Positions 7,767 to 16,840 of a stretch of 53,164 bases of DNA are shown here, piece after piece. Made by a program: the position numbers and the translations under genes. The DNA comes from a virus (Duplodnaviria > Caudoviricetes), in the IMG/VR virus record IMGVR_UViG_3300048582_000047, positions 1 to 53,164 of that record. One strand, 5' to 3'. Within the stretch, counting starts at the first letter, position 1; each line of letters starts with the position of its first letter. The notes under the pieces are model-generated. The model did no database searches and had not been told where the DNA came from. It saw nothing but the letters and a program-made list of their open reading frames with translations.

Positions 7767-7973
7767 ATGAGTAAAGTTGTTACTGCACTCTTTCTACTGA
7801 CTGCTCTAGCAGCTTGTCAAAGTGAGGAGTCTTGCTACAAGAATGTTGATAGTCGATTGAGTGACAGTGCCATCATTGATGGGGAAGGGCTATTTCTTAC
7901 CTCTATCTACCACAATGAAGACACTAGTGCTTGTGACTTCACTGTTGTTGGTGGAAGACTCTACAAGAAGTGA
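7767..7973 (+). CDS. Putative lipoprotein
   Basis: MSKVVTALFLLTALAA-C lipobox. Confidence 0.6.
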   Translation: MSKVVTALFLLTALAACQSEESCYKNVDSRLSDSAIIDGEGLFLTSIYHNEDTSACDFTVVGGRLYKK

Positions 7974-7979
7974 TTTTGC

Positions 7980-8120
7980 CTATACTATAGAACCTAATAC
8001 TATAGGACTACTATAAACTACTAATAGTAAGTAGTAGTTCTATAGAACTTAATACTATAGAGTCTATAGGTAGGATGACTTCTGAGTTTGTCAAGAACCA
8101 CCCATAAAATAAAGTCTATA
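7980..8120. repeat. AT-rich CTATAG/ACTA repeat tract, candidate replication origin
   Basis: Repeated TACTATAG and CTATAGAAC; non-coding, in the gap ~1.3 kb before primase-helicase. Confidence 0.5.
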
Positions 8121-8408
8121 GTGTGTTGTAAATGTCACAGTAGGGTTGTTGTCTCCTACCTGTCTGTTGTCTATGAAGGGTGAAGCACCCTCTTGTCGCA
8201 GCAGGATGCCCGTAGAGCCGTCAAATAAGCGATTCTAGAGGGGTCTAGTGGTTTCTATAGGGCAAGGTAGCCCACAAGGTTAGATGCGCTGTAGGAGGGG
8301 CTATTGTAGCACTATAAGTTATTGTGTCATATTTAACACACTACAGGGTTATGTTGTAGAGATGCTTGAAACCCCTCTGTTGTTGCCTATATACGATAAT
8401 CCAGATTA

Positions 8409-8485
8409 CCGGGTGTAGCCTAACTGGTAACGGCAAGAGCCTTAAACCCTCTCAAATGCGAGTTCGAATCTCGCCACCCGGACCA
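8409..8485 (+). tRNA. tRNA-Leu(TAA), short variable arm, C31.C39 mismatch
   Basis: Acceptor CCGGGTG/CACCCGG, A73, encoded CCA; T arm GCGAG-TTCGAAT-CTCGC; loop CTTAAAC. Confidence 0.85.
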
Positions 8486-8499
8486 AAAACCAACTAGGA

Positions 8500-9408
8500 G
8501 TGATTATGAGCCATCTTGAGTCTGTAGCAGAGTCCTTTTGGAAAATCTGGCATATGCGTAATGAGGGGCAAGTTCGCCCCATTCTTACCAAACGGGTGAA
8601 CAACAAAAAGATTGTTGACGCTCTGCTTAATGCAGCGGATATGCTCGGTGAGGATAAAGAGGCACTCAAGGTTGTGCTTAAGCTTTGGTTGCCTAAGCCT
8701 GCCACTGATCTTGAGTCTATCAGTTACTTCCCTGACTACAACAAGTATTCCCTTGGGTTAGTGAAGCATCGGACTAAGGTTTATCCAGGGAGGTTCTTCC
8801 TTAAGCTTTTTCCTACCGCACCAAATAATCTTGTGGAAGCTTTTGCATCCTACTACCAGACACAAGTGATCTTTGACCCCTCTGACTACATCATTCATAT
8901 TGGGGATACGAAAGAGGACTTCAAGAACGCTTTCACTCGTTACCACAAGACTAGGGGTAACTTCGACTACAATGAGGCCGCTTCTATTTCTGATAGTTGT
9001 ATGCGCTACGGGTTTCCTGGTCTCTCAGACCACCCCTCTGTAGTTTATGCTTCTGGTGACTTCAAGGTTATCACTGTGCGTAGTAAGTCTGGTAAGACTA
9101 GGGCTAGGGTTGTCTGTGGTTACAAGGGTGGTAAGTATTCCTCTAATCGTATCTATGCCTCTTGCAACCACTCTAAGCAACTTCTTCTGGACAAACTAAA
9201 AGAATTGAAAGATAACGATTTTGATTGGCGTGGTTTGAAGCTTCTTAAGATCAATGCTTTTGATAATCGCACTCCCGCGCAGAAGCAATACCTTTGCCCC
9301 TATATTGACCACTACCGTGAAGTATCGGTGTTTGGGGAAGATCACTTGGTTATTGGTGGGAGGGATACTGCAAGTAATTGGACGGGTGGCTATGTCACAT
9401 TTTACTGA
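8500..9408 (+). CDS. SCM-motif phage protein (paralog of 1636-3093)
   Basis: SDSCMRY...HPSVVYASGD...RARVV...NRIYA...YLCPYID; start may be ATG 8506 after AGGAG. Confidence 0.8.
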   Translation: MIMSHLESVAESFWKIWHMRNEGQVRPILTKRVNNKKIVDALLNAADMLGEDKEALKVVLKLWLPKPATDLESISYFPDYNKYSLGLVKHRTKVYPGRFFLKLFPTAPNNLVEAFASYYQTQVIFDPSDYIIHIGDTKEDFKNAFTRYHKTRGNFDYNEAASISDSCMRYGFPGLSDHPSVVYASGDFKVITVRSKSGKTRARVVCGYKGGKYSSNRIYASCNHSKQLLLDKLKELKDNDFDWRGLKLLKINAFDNRTPAQKQYLCPYIDHYREVSVFGEDHLVIGGRDTASNWTGGYVTFY

Positions 9409-9418
9409 GGGGTAACTG

Positions 9419-10990
9419 ATGACTGAAATCTCTCATAGACCCTGCCCTTACCCTAGTTGCGGCTCTAGTGATGCTTTTGGGTTTAACTTTGAGAAAGGGG
9501 TTGGCTTCTGCCATTCATGCGGTAGTGGTTACCCCTCTCGCAAACAGACTTACGATTGGGCTGCTGCTAGATATCCCACGGTGAAAAAACAATTCGAGGT
9601 GATTGAAGACGAAATGAAGAAAGAGTTTAGGGACCATCGCGGTATTACTGCTCGGACTATGCAGACTTATGACGTAGAAACTGATGTAGACGAGAACAAC
9701 AAAGAAATCCGTCACGGGTATAAGTATCCCGATGGGAAAGTTAAGTATCGCATCTTCCCGAAGTCCTTTACGGCTGATGTTGGACTTAAGACTAACGTTT
9801 TTTGGGGTATGAACAGGTTCAATGGTGGTAGTGCTAAAGCAGTTACTATTACCGAAGGTGAGCTTGATGCTATGTCAGCTTACCAAATGCTCGGTTCTAA
9901 GTATCCGGTTGTATCACTTCCTAGCGCAAACCCCTCACGGACTATCTTGGAGAGTTGCTTTGATTGGTTGAATAGCTTTGAAAAGATTTATCTCTCTGTT
10001 GACACTGACGACAAAGCAGAGGGATTTGCTCTCAATCTTATGAACCTGTTCCCCGGCAGGGTCTACAAGGTAAATCACGACAAGTTTAAGGATGCTAACG
10101 AGTTTCTGCAAGCTGGCGCTGCACAAGCATACACTAACGCTTGGTGGAACGCTAAGTTGTTTACTCCGTCAAGCATCTTGTCTGACGCCTCTGATTTTTT
10201 GTCGCTTTACGAGGATACCCCTGAGCACAACTATGTTCCTACCGGGATTCCAGAACTAGATGCTAAAATCCTTGGACTTATGCAGGGACACTTCACTGTG
10301 TTGTTGGCTGAGACAGGGATTGGTAAAACGGAGCTTATGAGGTATCTGCAATATAACTTCATCAAGAACTACCCTGACGTTAAGTTTGCTTCTTGGCACC
10401 TTGAAGAAACCCCGCTGCGTTCTCTCCTTGGTCTTGTATCTTATGACCTTGGTGACAACCTTACTCGTAAGGATTTGGTGGAAAGCAAGGGAAAAGTTCA
10501 AGAGGTTAAGGACTCCATCAAGAGGATCACAGACAACGGAAACTACCTGCAATTTAGTCTGAAAGAGTCGGACAGTATCGAGGCACTAACTGAGCAGATC
10601 AGGTTCTTGTCGGAAGCTTGCGGTTGCAAATACATCTTCTTTGAACCTATCCAAGACGTTCTATCTATTTCGGACGAGAAAGAAAAGGAAAGTAAACTTG
10701 CTTCCTTGAGTATTCAGTTGTCCAAGATGGCTTCTAAGCTTAACGTGGGTATTGTTACTATTGCTCACACTAACGAGAATGGAGACCCCAAGTATTGTCG
10801 TATGATATCCCAGAGGGCTTCTGTTCGTATTGTGTTGTCTAGAAACAAAGATGCAGACTCCCTTTTGGAGAAGAATACCACCCACCTCAAGGTGACAAAA
10901 AACAGACCCTGTGGTCTAGAAGGTGACGCGGGGGCCTTGACATTTGACGGTGCAACCTTTACATTGACTCCACGTGAACAAGGATTCTGA
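9419..10990 (+). CDS. T7 gp4-like DNA primase/helicase
   Basis: Zn finger CPYPSC..CHSC, TOPRIM ITEGELDA/DTDD, Walker A-like AETGIGKT, KNR motif. Confidence 0.95.
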   Translation: MTEISHRPCPYPSCGSSDAFGFNFEKGVGFCHSCGSGYPSRKQTYDWAAARYPTVKKQFEVIEDEMKKEFRDHRGITARTMQTYDVETDVDENNKEIRHGYKYPDGKVKYRIFPKSFTADVGLKTNVFWGMNRFNGGSAKAVTITEGELDAMSAYQMLGSKYPVVSLPSANPSRTILESCFDWLNSFEKIYLSVDTDDKAEGFALNLMNLFPGRVYKVNHDKFKDANEFLQAGAAQAYTNAWWNAKLFTPSSILSDASDFLSLYEDTPEHNYVPTGIPELDAKILGLMQGHFTVLLAETGIGKTELMRYLQYNFIKNYPDVKFASWHLEETPLRSLLGLVSYDLGDNLTRKDLVESKGKVQEVKDSIKRITDNGNYLQFSLKESDSIEALTEQIRFLSEACGCKYIFFEPIQDVLSISDEKEKESKLASLSIQLSKMASKLNVGIVTIAHTNENGDPKYCRMISQRASVRIVLSRNKDADSLLEKNTTHLKVTKNRPCGLEGDAGALTFDGATFTLTPREQGF

Positions 10991-11129
10991 CTATGAACTT
11001 CAATCAATGGTTTAAGTATACTTTTGGTTATCCTGTGACAGAGGCCCAAAGTCCAGCTTGGGTTCGACAACTTAGGACCGCTTGGGCCGGTGGATATGCA
11101 CAGGGTTGGTTGGATTGTGAGAGTTGTAA

Positions 11130-11570
11130 ATGAAAATCCGACATTACCCTATCTTTGACACTAAAGTAGTAGAAGACCTATACACTAAGAAAGATGGTGT
11201 GCCTGTCTCCTACGTCTGCACTACAGGGCGAGAGAAGGATACTTACGCTAGAGATATCTTCTATCGTGAGACCCCTCACCCTACCTTTGGTAATCGTTAC
11301 TTTGGGTTGTATCATGATCAAGAAAGACTGTTGTATAACACGTCTCATCTTATGATATCTGCCGCTGATTGGGTGGAAGACCTAAAGTTTGACATGATTA
11401 AATCAGAAGGTTGGTATTTCTACAGTAGCCATCGTTGGGATATGGTAAATACTGCTGTAGGCTCTATTGATGGTGGCAGGGCTTATACTCGATTGGGTGG
11501 CTCTGTGATACCAAAAGTAGAAACTTTCGTGGTTCGTAATGGAAAATTTGTAGGGAAGACAGATGAATGA
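11130..11570 (+). CDS. Hypothetical protein
   Basis: 146-aa ORF, IDGGRAY motif. Confidence 0.75.
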   Translation: MKIRHYPIFDTKVVEDLYTKKDGVPVSYVCTTGREKDTYARDIFYRETPHPTFGNRYFGLYHDQERLLYNTSHLMISAADWVEDLKFDMIKSEGWYFYSSHRWDMVNTAVGSIDGGRAYTRLGGSVIPKVETFVVRNGKFVGKTDE

Positions 11571-11748
11571 GTTGCGCGAGAAAAGGCTTCTGTTACTTGC
11601 TACAACCCCTAATGCTTGGCACAAAGCTTTCTACAGTCAATACTGTCACTTGATGCGTAGGGGTCTAGTTCGGGGCGATGACGACGAAGGGCCGGCTTTC
11701 TTGACACCGGAGGGTGAAAAACGACTTGAGGAGTTGATCGGTGAGTGA
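11563..11748 (+). CDS. Hypothetical protein
   Basis: 61 aa, overlapping previous stop; LTPEG wing-like motif. Confidence 0.6.
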   Translation: MNELREKRLLLLATTPNAWHKAFYSQYCHLMRRGLVRGDDDEGPAFLTPEGEKRLEELIGE

Positions 11749-12378
11749 TCCTGAAAGAGAGTTTGACAAGTGGTTGGATGAAGAGTGGCTTTACGATGTG
11801 TCTGGTAGTGATTGGGAAGACCTTATCATTGCCATGCGTAAGGCTTATGAGGCTGGTTGGCAACGTAGATATGAAACTTTGACAGTGAGGGATATCTAAT
11901 GAAAATCTATCTGGTGTTGTCTTTTTCCGAGTATTACTCAAACGCAGATAACGTTAAAGGTGTATACGCCAACAGGGGGGATGCAGAAGAGTTTATGATC
12001 TCTCTCCGTAAGACCCGATATTGGGAATACCACTATATCGTAGAAAAGGAAATGAGGCTTTGAAAACACTTGTTGATGTTTGGGTAGTTCGCTCTGGGGC
12101 ATATACAGCTTATTTTACAGATAAGACCAAGGCTCTGTTGGAAATGACTAATCCGGCAACCCTAGAGCAGTTTCCAGAGAATACTGTCTTTACCCTACAA
12201 CCAGGATATATGGTAGTTAACTATGAACCCCCAAAGAAAAGTAAAAAGCCAAAAAAACCCAAACTGCTTACCCATTGAGTTCACTTTCAATACCGAAATA
12301 GACGTTATCAAAGCTTCTATGTATTGGGTGTTGACATGCACACGGCAGAAATGAGACTTATGCGCGGGGAGAAGCCAG

Positions 12379-12606
12379 ATGACACAAAGGTATGATGTAG
12401 TTTATTACATGGACTACACCACTATTGAACCTCATTTCTGCCGTGAGTGGGATGAGTCTGGGGGCTGCTACGGGACAAACCCTGACCACGGTTATTCTCT
12501 AGAAGAAGCTTGTCGAGAAGTATCTGACTGGTATCAGAGAGAGGCGGATCAGTGGCGTAGTGGTAATCATTGGAGGTTGCCTTATTACAAACAGGAGGGT
12601 GAATGA
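12379..12606 (+). CDS. Hypothetical protein
   Basis: GGGGGAG RBS; TTGACA at 12331 upstream. Confidence 0.7.
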   Translation: MTQRYDVVYYMDYTTIEPHFCREWDESGGCYGTNPDHGYSLEEACREVSDWYQREADQWRSGNHWRLPYYKQEGE

Positions 12607-13067
12607 GGTTTATCGTAGTAGACAGTGAGACGGACGGCCTTCAAGACGTAGCCACCAAAATCCACGTTCTCGGTTGGACGGAAGATGGAGTAACCTTTAG
12701 TCATACTGACAACTACGACGAAATGCGTAAGGTTCTCTCTGGTTCACACAAAGATAGAAAGTTGGTTTGCCACAATGCTATCAGGTTTGATTTGGTTGTT
12801 TTCAATCGTCTTCTTGGTATGGACCTTAGTTATCTTGACTTTGTGGATACTCTACCTCTATCTTGGACCATCAACTACCAACGAGACAAGCACGGACTTG
12901 AAAGCTACGGAGAAACCTTTGGTGTTCCAAAGCCGAAGATCACCGATTGGGAAGGTCTTACGTATGAAGAATACGCACACCGTGTCACGGAAGATGTGAA
13001 GATCAACTGGTTGTTGTGGAAAGACCTAGAGCGTAAGCTTGGTGTGCTATATGGGTGGGATGACTAA
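12603..13067 (+). CDS. 3'-5' exonuclease domain of split family A DNA polymerase
   Basis: ExoI DSETDG, ExoII HNAIRFD, ExoIII-like HRVTEDV. Confidence 0.9.
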   Translation: MRFIVVDSETDGLQDVATKIHVLGWTEDGVTFSHTDNYDEMRKVLSGSHKDRKLVCHNAIRFDLVVFNRLLGMDLSYLDFVDTLPLSWTINYQRDKHGLESYGETFGVPKPKITDWEGLTYEEYAHRVTEDVKINWLLWKDLERKLGVLYGWDD

Positions 13068-13819
13068 TGATTAACCTCTATAATGACGACTGTTTTAAAG
13101 TTATGCAGACTTTAGAGTCGGGATCTGTTGATCTGATTTTGTGTGATCTACCTTACGGTATTGTTAACTGGACAAATCCTTATGCTTGGGACAAATTTCT
13201 AGATTTAGACCTAGCCTTCTCTGAGATGTTTAGGTTGCTAAAGCCTTTGGGGTCTGCATGTCTGTTTGGCACAGAACCCTACTCTACCTACCAGAGAAGC
13301 AAGGCCATGGATAAGTTTAAGTATGATGTTTACTGGGTTAAGAACAAGCAGTCTTCTCCAATGCTCGCCAAGGTAAAACCCTTACGTTCTATGGAAATTA
13401 TCTCCGTTTTTTCTCGGGGAACTACCTCTCCCGGCAGGCAAAACAATATGACTTACAACCCGCAAGGGTTGATTAGGATTGACAAGAGGGTTTCTAACTC
13501 TAAAAAAGACAGGATGGTTATACAAGACAGGCCATCGTTAAAAGACGAGTATACCCAAGAGTTCACTAACTACCCAAAAGACTACGTTTCCTTTGACTGT
13601 GAATCTGGCTATCACCCAACACAGAAGCCCGTCGCACTAATGGAATACCTAATTCGGACCTACACCAACGAAGGTGAAACTGTTCTCGATTTTACAATGG
13701 GTTCTGGAACTACTGGTGTCGCAGCAAAACAATCTGGACGAAACTTTATTGGTATCGAACTAGACGAAAAATACTTCAAGATAGCGGAGGAACGGATTGG
13801 CAAAGCAACTACACCCTGA
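13067..13819 (+). CDS. Beta-class N6-adenine/N4-cytosine DNA methyltransferase
   Basis: Motif IV DLPY precedes HPTQKP and motif I DFTMGSGTTG. Confidence 0.93.
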   Translation: MINLYNDDCFKVMQTLESGSVDLILCDLPYGIVNWTNPYAWDKFLDLDLAFSEMFRLLKPLGSACLFGTEPYSTYQRSKAMDKFKYDVYWVKNKQSSPMLAKVKPLRSMEIISVFSRGTTSPGRQNNMTYNPQGLIRIDKRVSNSKKDRMVIQDRPSLKDEYTQEFTNYPKDYVSFDCESGYHPTQKPVALMEYLIRTYTNEGETVLDFTMGSGTTGVAAKQSGRNFIGIELDEKYFKIAEERIGKATTP

Positions 13820-15236
13820 TGCTATCCGATACATCAACTACCTCAACTATAAAATGGATATGGCCCGTGAGCAAGAGGCTAACCCCATTACGGTTGATCT
13901 AGCCTCTGCCCAAAAACATCTTACTGAACTAGAAGGACAGCGTGATGAGAAATACGTTGAGTTGGCTGCTTCTATGCCTAAAGTTGCAGTTATGGAAACC
14001 AAAACCTATCCCAAAAAACCCACCCTCAAAGACGGAGGACTGAGCGCACACGGTATCAAGTGGCAAGCCCTTCTAGCGTCCCTGAACCTGCCTCTGGACA
14101 CTAAGTCAGACGTTACCTACGTTAAAGGGTATGTTGAACCTAACCCACAATCTGACGTGCAGGTTAAGGCTTGGCTTACTGATCTTGGTTGGCAATGCAA
14201 GACGTTCAAGTTTGAGCGTAACAAGGTAACGGGTGAAACTAAGCAGGTGCCACAGATCAGGTATCCCAAAGGCCACCCTAACGAGGGAGAATTGTGCGAG
14301 GAAGTTTTAGAACTGGCAGAGAAAGACCCTGCGGTGCAAGTGTTGGCTGGACTGTCCATCATCAAGCATCGGGTAGGTTTCTTCCAAGGGTTTATTGATA
14401 GCCACAAAGAAGGAAAGCTTGTTGCCTCTATTGAGGGTTTGACTAATACTCTGCGGTTCAAGCACAGGAAGCCTTTGGCGAATATTCCAGGTGTGGACAA
14501 GCCGTGGGGAAAAGAAATCCGTTCTTGCCTGACTGCACCAGAGGGTTACGTTATCTGTGGTTCAGATATGGTTAGCCTTGAGGACACAACTAAAAGGCAC
14601 TATATCCAACCGCATGATCCCGAATATGTGGAGGAAATGCAACAGCCGGGATATGACCCTCACCTCTCGCTTGCAGTCTTTGCTGGCGCTATGACTAAAG
14701 AGCAATACGTTGAACACACCACGGGGGTAAAGAAATACAACGATATCCGTAAACCCTTCAAGGTAACAAATTACTCCTCAACCTACGGGATCCGAGAGAA
14801 GAAACTTGCTAGAGACTTGAACTGTTCTGTTGCCTTTGCTAAATCCCTGCTTGACGCTTTCTGGCAGAAGAATTGGGCTGTTCAAAAGGTAGCAGAGGAT
14901 TGCGAAGTGAAACACACTGGACAGAGTATGTGGCTTAAGAATCCTGTGTCTGGCTTCTGGTATCAACTCCGTAATGAAAAAGACCGCTTTTCTACCCTTA
15001 ATCAGGGAACGGGTGTTTACTGCTTTGACAAGTGGCTTTACTATGTCCGTAAACTTAGGTGTATTGTTAACGCACAGTGGCATGATGAAAAGCTGTCTGT
15101 AGTCAAAGAGGGAAATGAGCAAGAAAGGAAAGACCTATTGGAGAAAGCAATGCAGATGACTAACTATGATCTAAAGCTTAACGTGCCTTTGGGTATTGAT
15201 GTTAAGTTCGGGAAATCCTACGATATGGTGCATTGA
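13797..15236 (+). CDS. polA: Family A DNA polymerase, polymerase domain
   Basis: Motif A GSDMVSLE, motif B RKPFKVTNYSSTYG, motif C QWHDE; TTG start after GGAGG. Confidence 0.93.
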   Translation: MAKQLHPDAIRYINYLNYKMDMAREQEANPITVDLASAQKHLTELEGQRDEKYVELAASMPKVAVMETKTYPKKPTLKDGGLSAHGIKWQALLASLNLPLDTKSDVTYVKGYVEPNPQSDVQVKAWLTDLGWQCKTFKFERNKVTGETKQVPQIRYPKGHPNEGELCEEVLELAEKDPAVQVLAGLSIIKHRVGFFQGFIDSHKEGKLVASIEGLTNTLRFKHRKPLANIPGVDKPWGKEIRSCLTAPEGYVICGSDMVSLEDTTKRHYIQPHDPEYVEEMQQPGYDPHLSLAVFAGAMTKEQYVEHTTGVKKYNDIRKPFKVTNYSSTYGIREKKLARDLNCSVAFAKSLLDAFWQKNWAVQKVAEDCEVKHTGQSMWLKNPVSGFWYQLRNEKDRFSTLNQGTGVYCFDKWLYYVRKLRCIVNAQWHDEKLSVVKEGNEQERKDLLEKAMQMTNYDLKLNVPLGIDVKFGKSYDMVH

Positions 15237-15841
15237 TGCAAAAACTTACGCTAAACTTTGATGAGTTCTGTCAACATAGTGGGGCTGACCCCGCTCCGAT
15301 CTACGAAGTGCAAAGTGCTTTCTCGAACGATGGGGCTTGGATCGGCGGGGGTGCAATCCGTCGCACTCTTATTGGACAGGCCTTGGATAGTGACTTTGAC
15401 TTTTTCTTTCGTAGCGAAGAACACTTTGACAGGTGGCTAGAGAATAAACCAAAGACTATGAATGTTGTGCGAGAGACTAAACACCACGTTCAACTAGAGG
15501 GCACTGTTGGAGATAGTAAACTACCTATTGTCGTGCAGGGTATCAACTTCCAGTATTTTCCCGGTGAGGCACCTACGGTAATTGATGCTTTTGACTACAC
15601 GATCACTCAGTTTGTCTTGTTGGGGGTTTCCCTGTATACGACAGATATTGCCCTATGGGATTTAGGTAGGCGTAAGCTTTCTATCAACAAAGTTACTTAC
15701 CCCGTGGCTACTATGAGACGTATGCTCAAATACACTAAACAGGGTTTTACCGCTTGTGCTGGTTGTATGCAAACCTTGCTGACTGAGACTGCTAAATCAC
15801 CAGAGGCTTTGGCGTCAATGGATGTGGAGTATGTTGACTGA
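15233..15841 (+). CDS. Pol-beta-superfamily nucleotidyltransferase (CCA/poly(A) polymerase head-like)
   Basis: IGGGAIRR, DSDFDFFF, FDYTI, RRMLKY..GF. Confidence 0.8.
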   Translation: MMQKLTLNFDEFCQHSGADPAPIYEVQSAFSNDGAWIGGGAIRRTLIGQALDSDFDFFFRSEEHFDRWLENKPKTMNVVRETKHHVQLEGTVGDSKLPIVVQGINFQYFPGEAPTVIDAFDYTITQFVLLGVSLYTTDIALWDLGRRKLSINKVTYPVATMRRMLKYTKQGFTACAGCMQTLLTETAKSPEALASMDVEYVD

Positions 15842-15945
15842 TGGACATGACAAACGAAGACTACCAAGATTATATCAACAGTGTTTGTGACCAGATGAGT
15901 GTTCAAGAATACTTGTTTTGGTTTCAACATTTCCCCTTTGGGGGC

Positions 15946-15974
15946 TTGACAACTGACCCCACAATGATTACATA
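15946..15974 (+). promoter_or_regulatory. sigma70-like promoter for SSB
   Basis: TTGACA-17 nt-TACATA. Confidence 0.55.
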
Positions 15975-16001
15975 TGACAATCCACAAGAGGAAAACAACT
16001 A

Positions 16002-16592
16002 ATGGCTACTGAAAAGAAATCTAAAACTGTTTGGGTTACTCTGCACGATGTTACCCTTTACTACGCTCAACTGTTCGAGAACAACCGCGACAAGGGCGAT
16101 ATGCACTCCGAGACGGACGGTATCACCAAAGTAACTATCTCTCTCACTGATGAGCAAGAGAAAGAACTTCTTGGACTTGGTGTGCCTGCCTCTGCTCTTG
16201 GCTACCAGACTTTCAAAGACTACACGATTGATGGTGTTAACTTCCGGGGTATGGTTGTTAAGCGTCCTTGGGTTAGTAAGTATCTGAAAGACGACAATGG
16301 TGATCCTCAGTTTATTGGTGCACCTAAAGTCTTTGACTTCAATAAAGCTGTTGCTGCTTTCAAAGCTGATGGTGGAAACGGTCGCATTATGGATAGCCAT
16401 AAGACTGATTGGGACAACACCACTGACGGTTTGATTGGTAATGGTTCTAAGGCTAAAGTCAAACTTTCTGTCTACCGTGGCACTAATAAAGCAGGCAAAC
16501 CTACTTGTGTGGTCCAACTGGAAGAAGTGGCTGTTACTGAACACGTCAAGTATGAAGCGCCCGCCCGTGATGATGCAGAGGTTTATTTCTGA
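16002..16592 (+). CDS. Single-stranded DNA-binding protein (T7 gp2.5-like)
   Basis: LIGNGS.AKV motif, acidic tail ending in aromatic residues (DDAEVYF). Confidence 0.85.
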   Translation: MATEKKSKTVWVTLHDVTLYYAQLFENNRDKGDMHSETDGITKVTISLTDEQEKELLGLGVPASALGYQTFKDYTIDGVNFRGMVVKRPWVSKYLKDDNGDPQFIGAPKVFDFNKAVAAFKADGGNGRIMDSHKTDWDNTTDGLIGNGSKAKVKLSVYRGTNKAGKPTCVVQLEEVAVTEHVKYEAPARDDAEVYF

Positions 16593-16840
16593 TGGATTTT
16601 AAAGTTACTTTTAAACCACCCGTTGAGCCAGAAGTTGAAACCGCGACTATCACTCTTAATAAGACAGAGGCTCTATACTTGCAGGCTATTCTAGGTAGTA
16701 TTAGTGGTTGGGATGGGGAAGGGGGTATGCGGTAGTTTACTTCTGCTCTCTGGTGTAAACTCTATTCAGTGAGTGAGGAAATTTATCCAATGGATGGTAA
16801 GTTTTTTGGGACTATCCATATTAAATCTACGGTGAACTAA
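16592..16840 (+). pseudogene. PVEP-family paralog with in-frame TAG at codon 48
   Basis: TAG at 16733-16735; similarity to 17020-17277 continues past it; frame ends at TAA overlapping next ATG. Confidence 0.75.

Noticed and set aside
8255-8273. Fifth copy of the double-hairpin element (CTATAG GGC A AGG TA GCCC)
   Set aside because: Lacks the inner stem and a convincing first hairpin; at best a degenerate relic
13067-13819. Group I intron or intein carrying the MTase in polA
   Set aside because: No non-coding flanks for a ribozyme core, ORFs overlap directly, and the polymerase half has its own RBS
16733-16735. Genome-wide amber recoding or suppressor tRNA
   Set aside because: Core genes (scaffold, endolysin, terL) end in TAG; tRNA anticodons read TAA, TGT and CCA, none CTA/TTA
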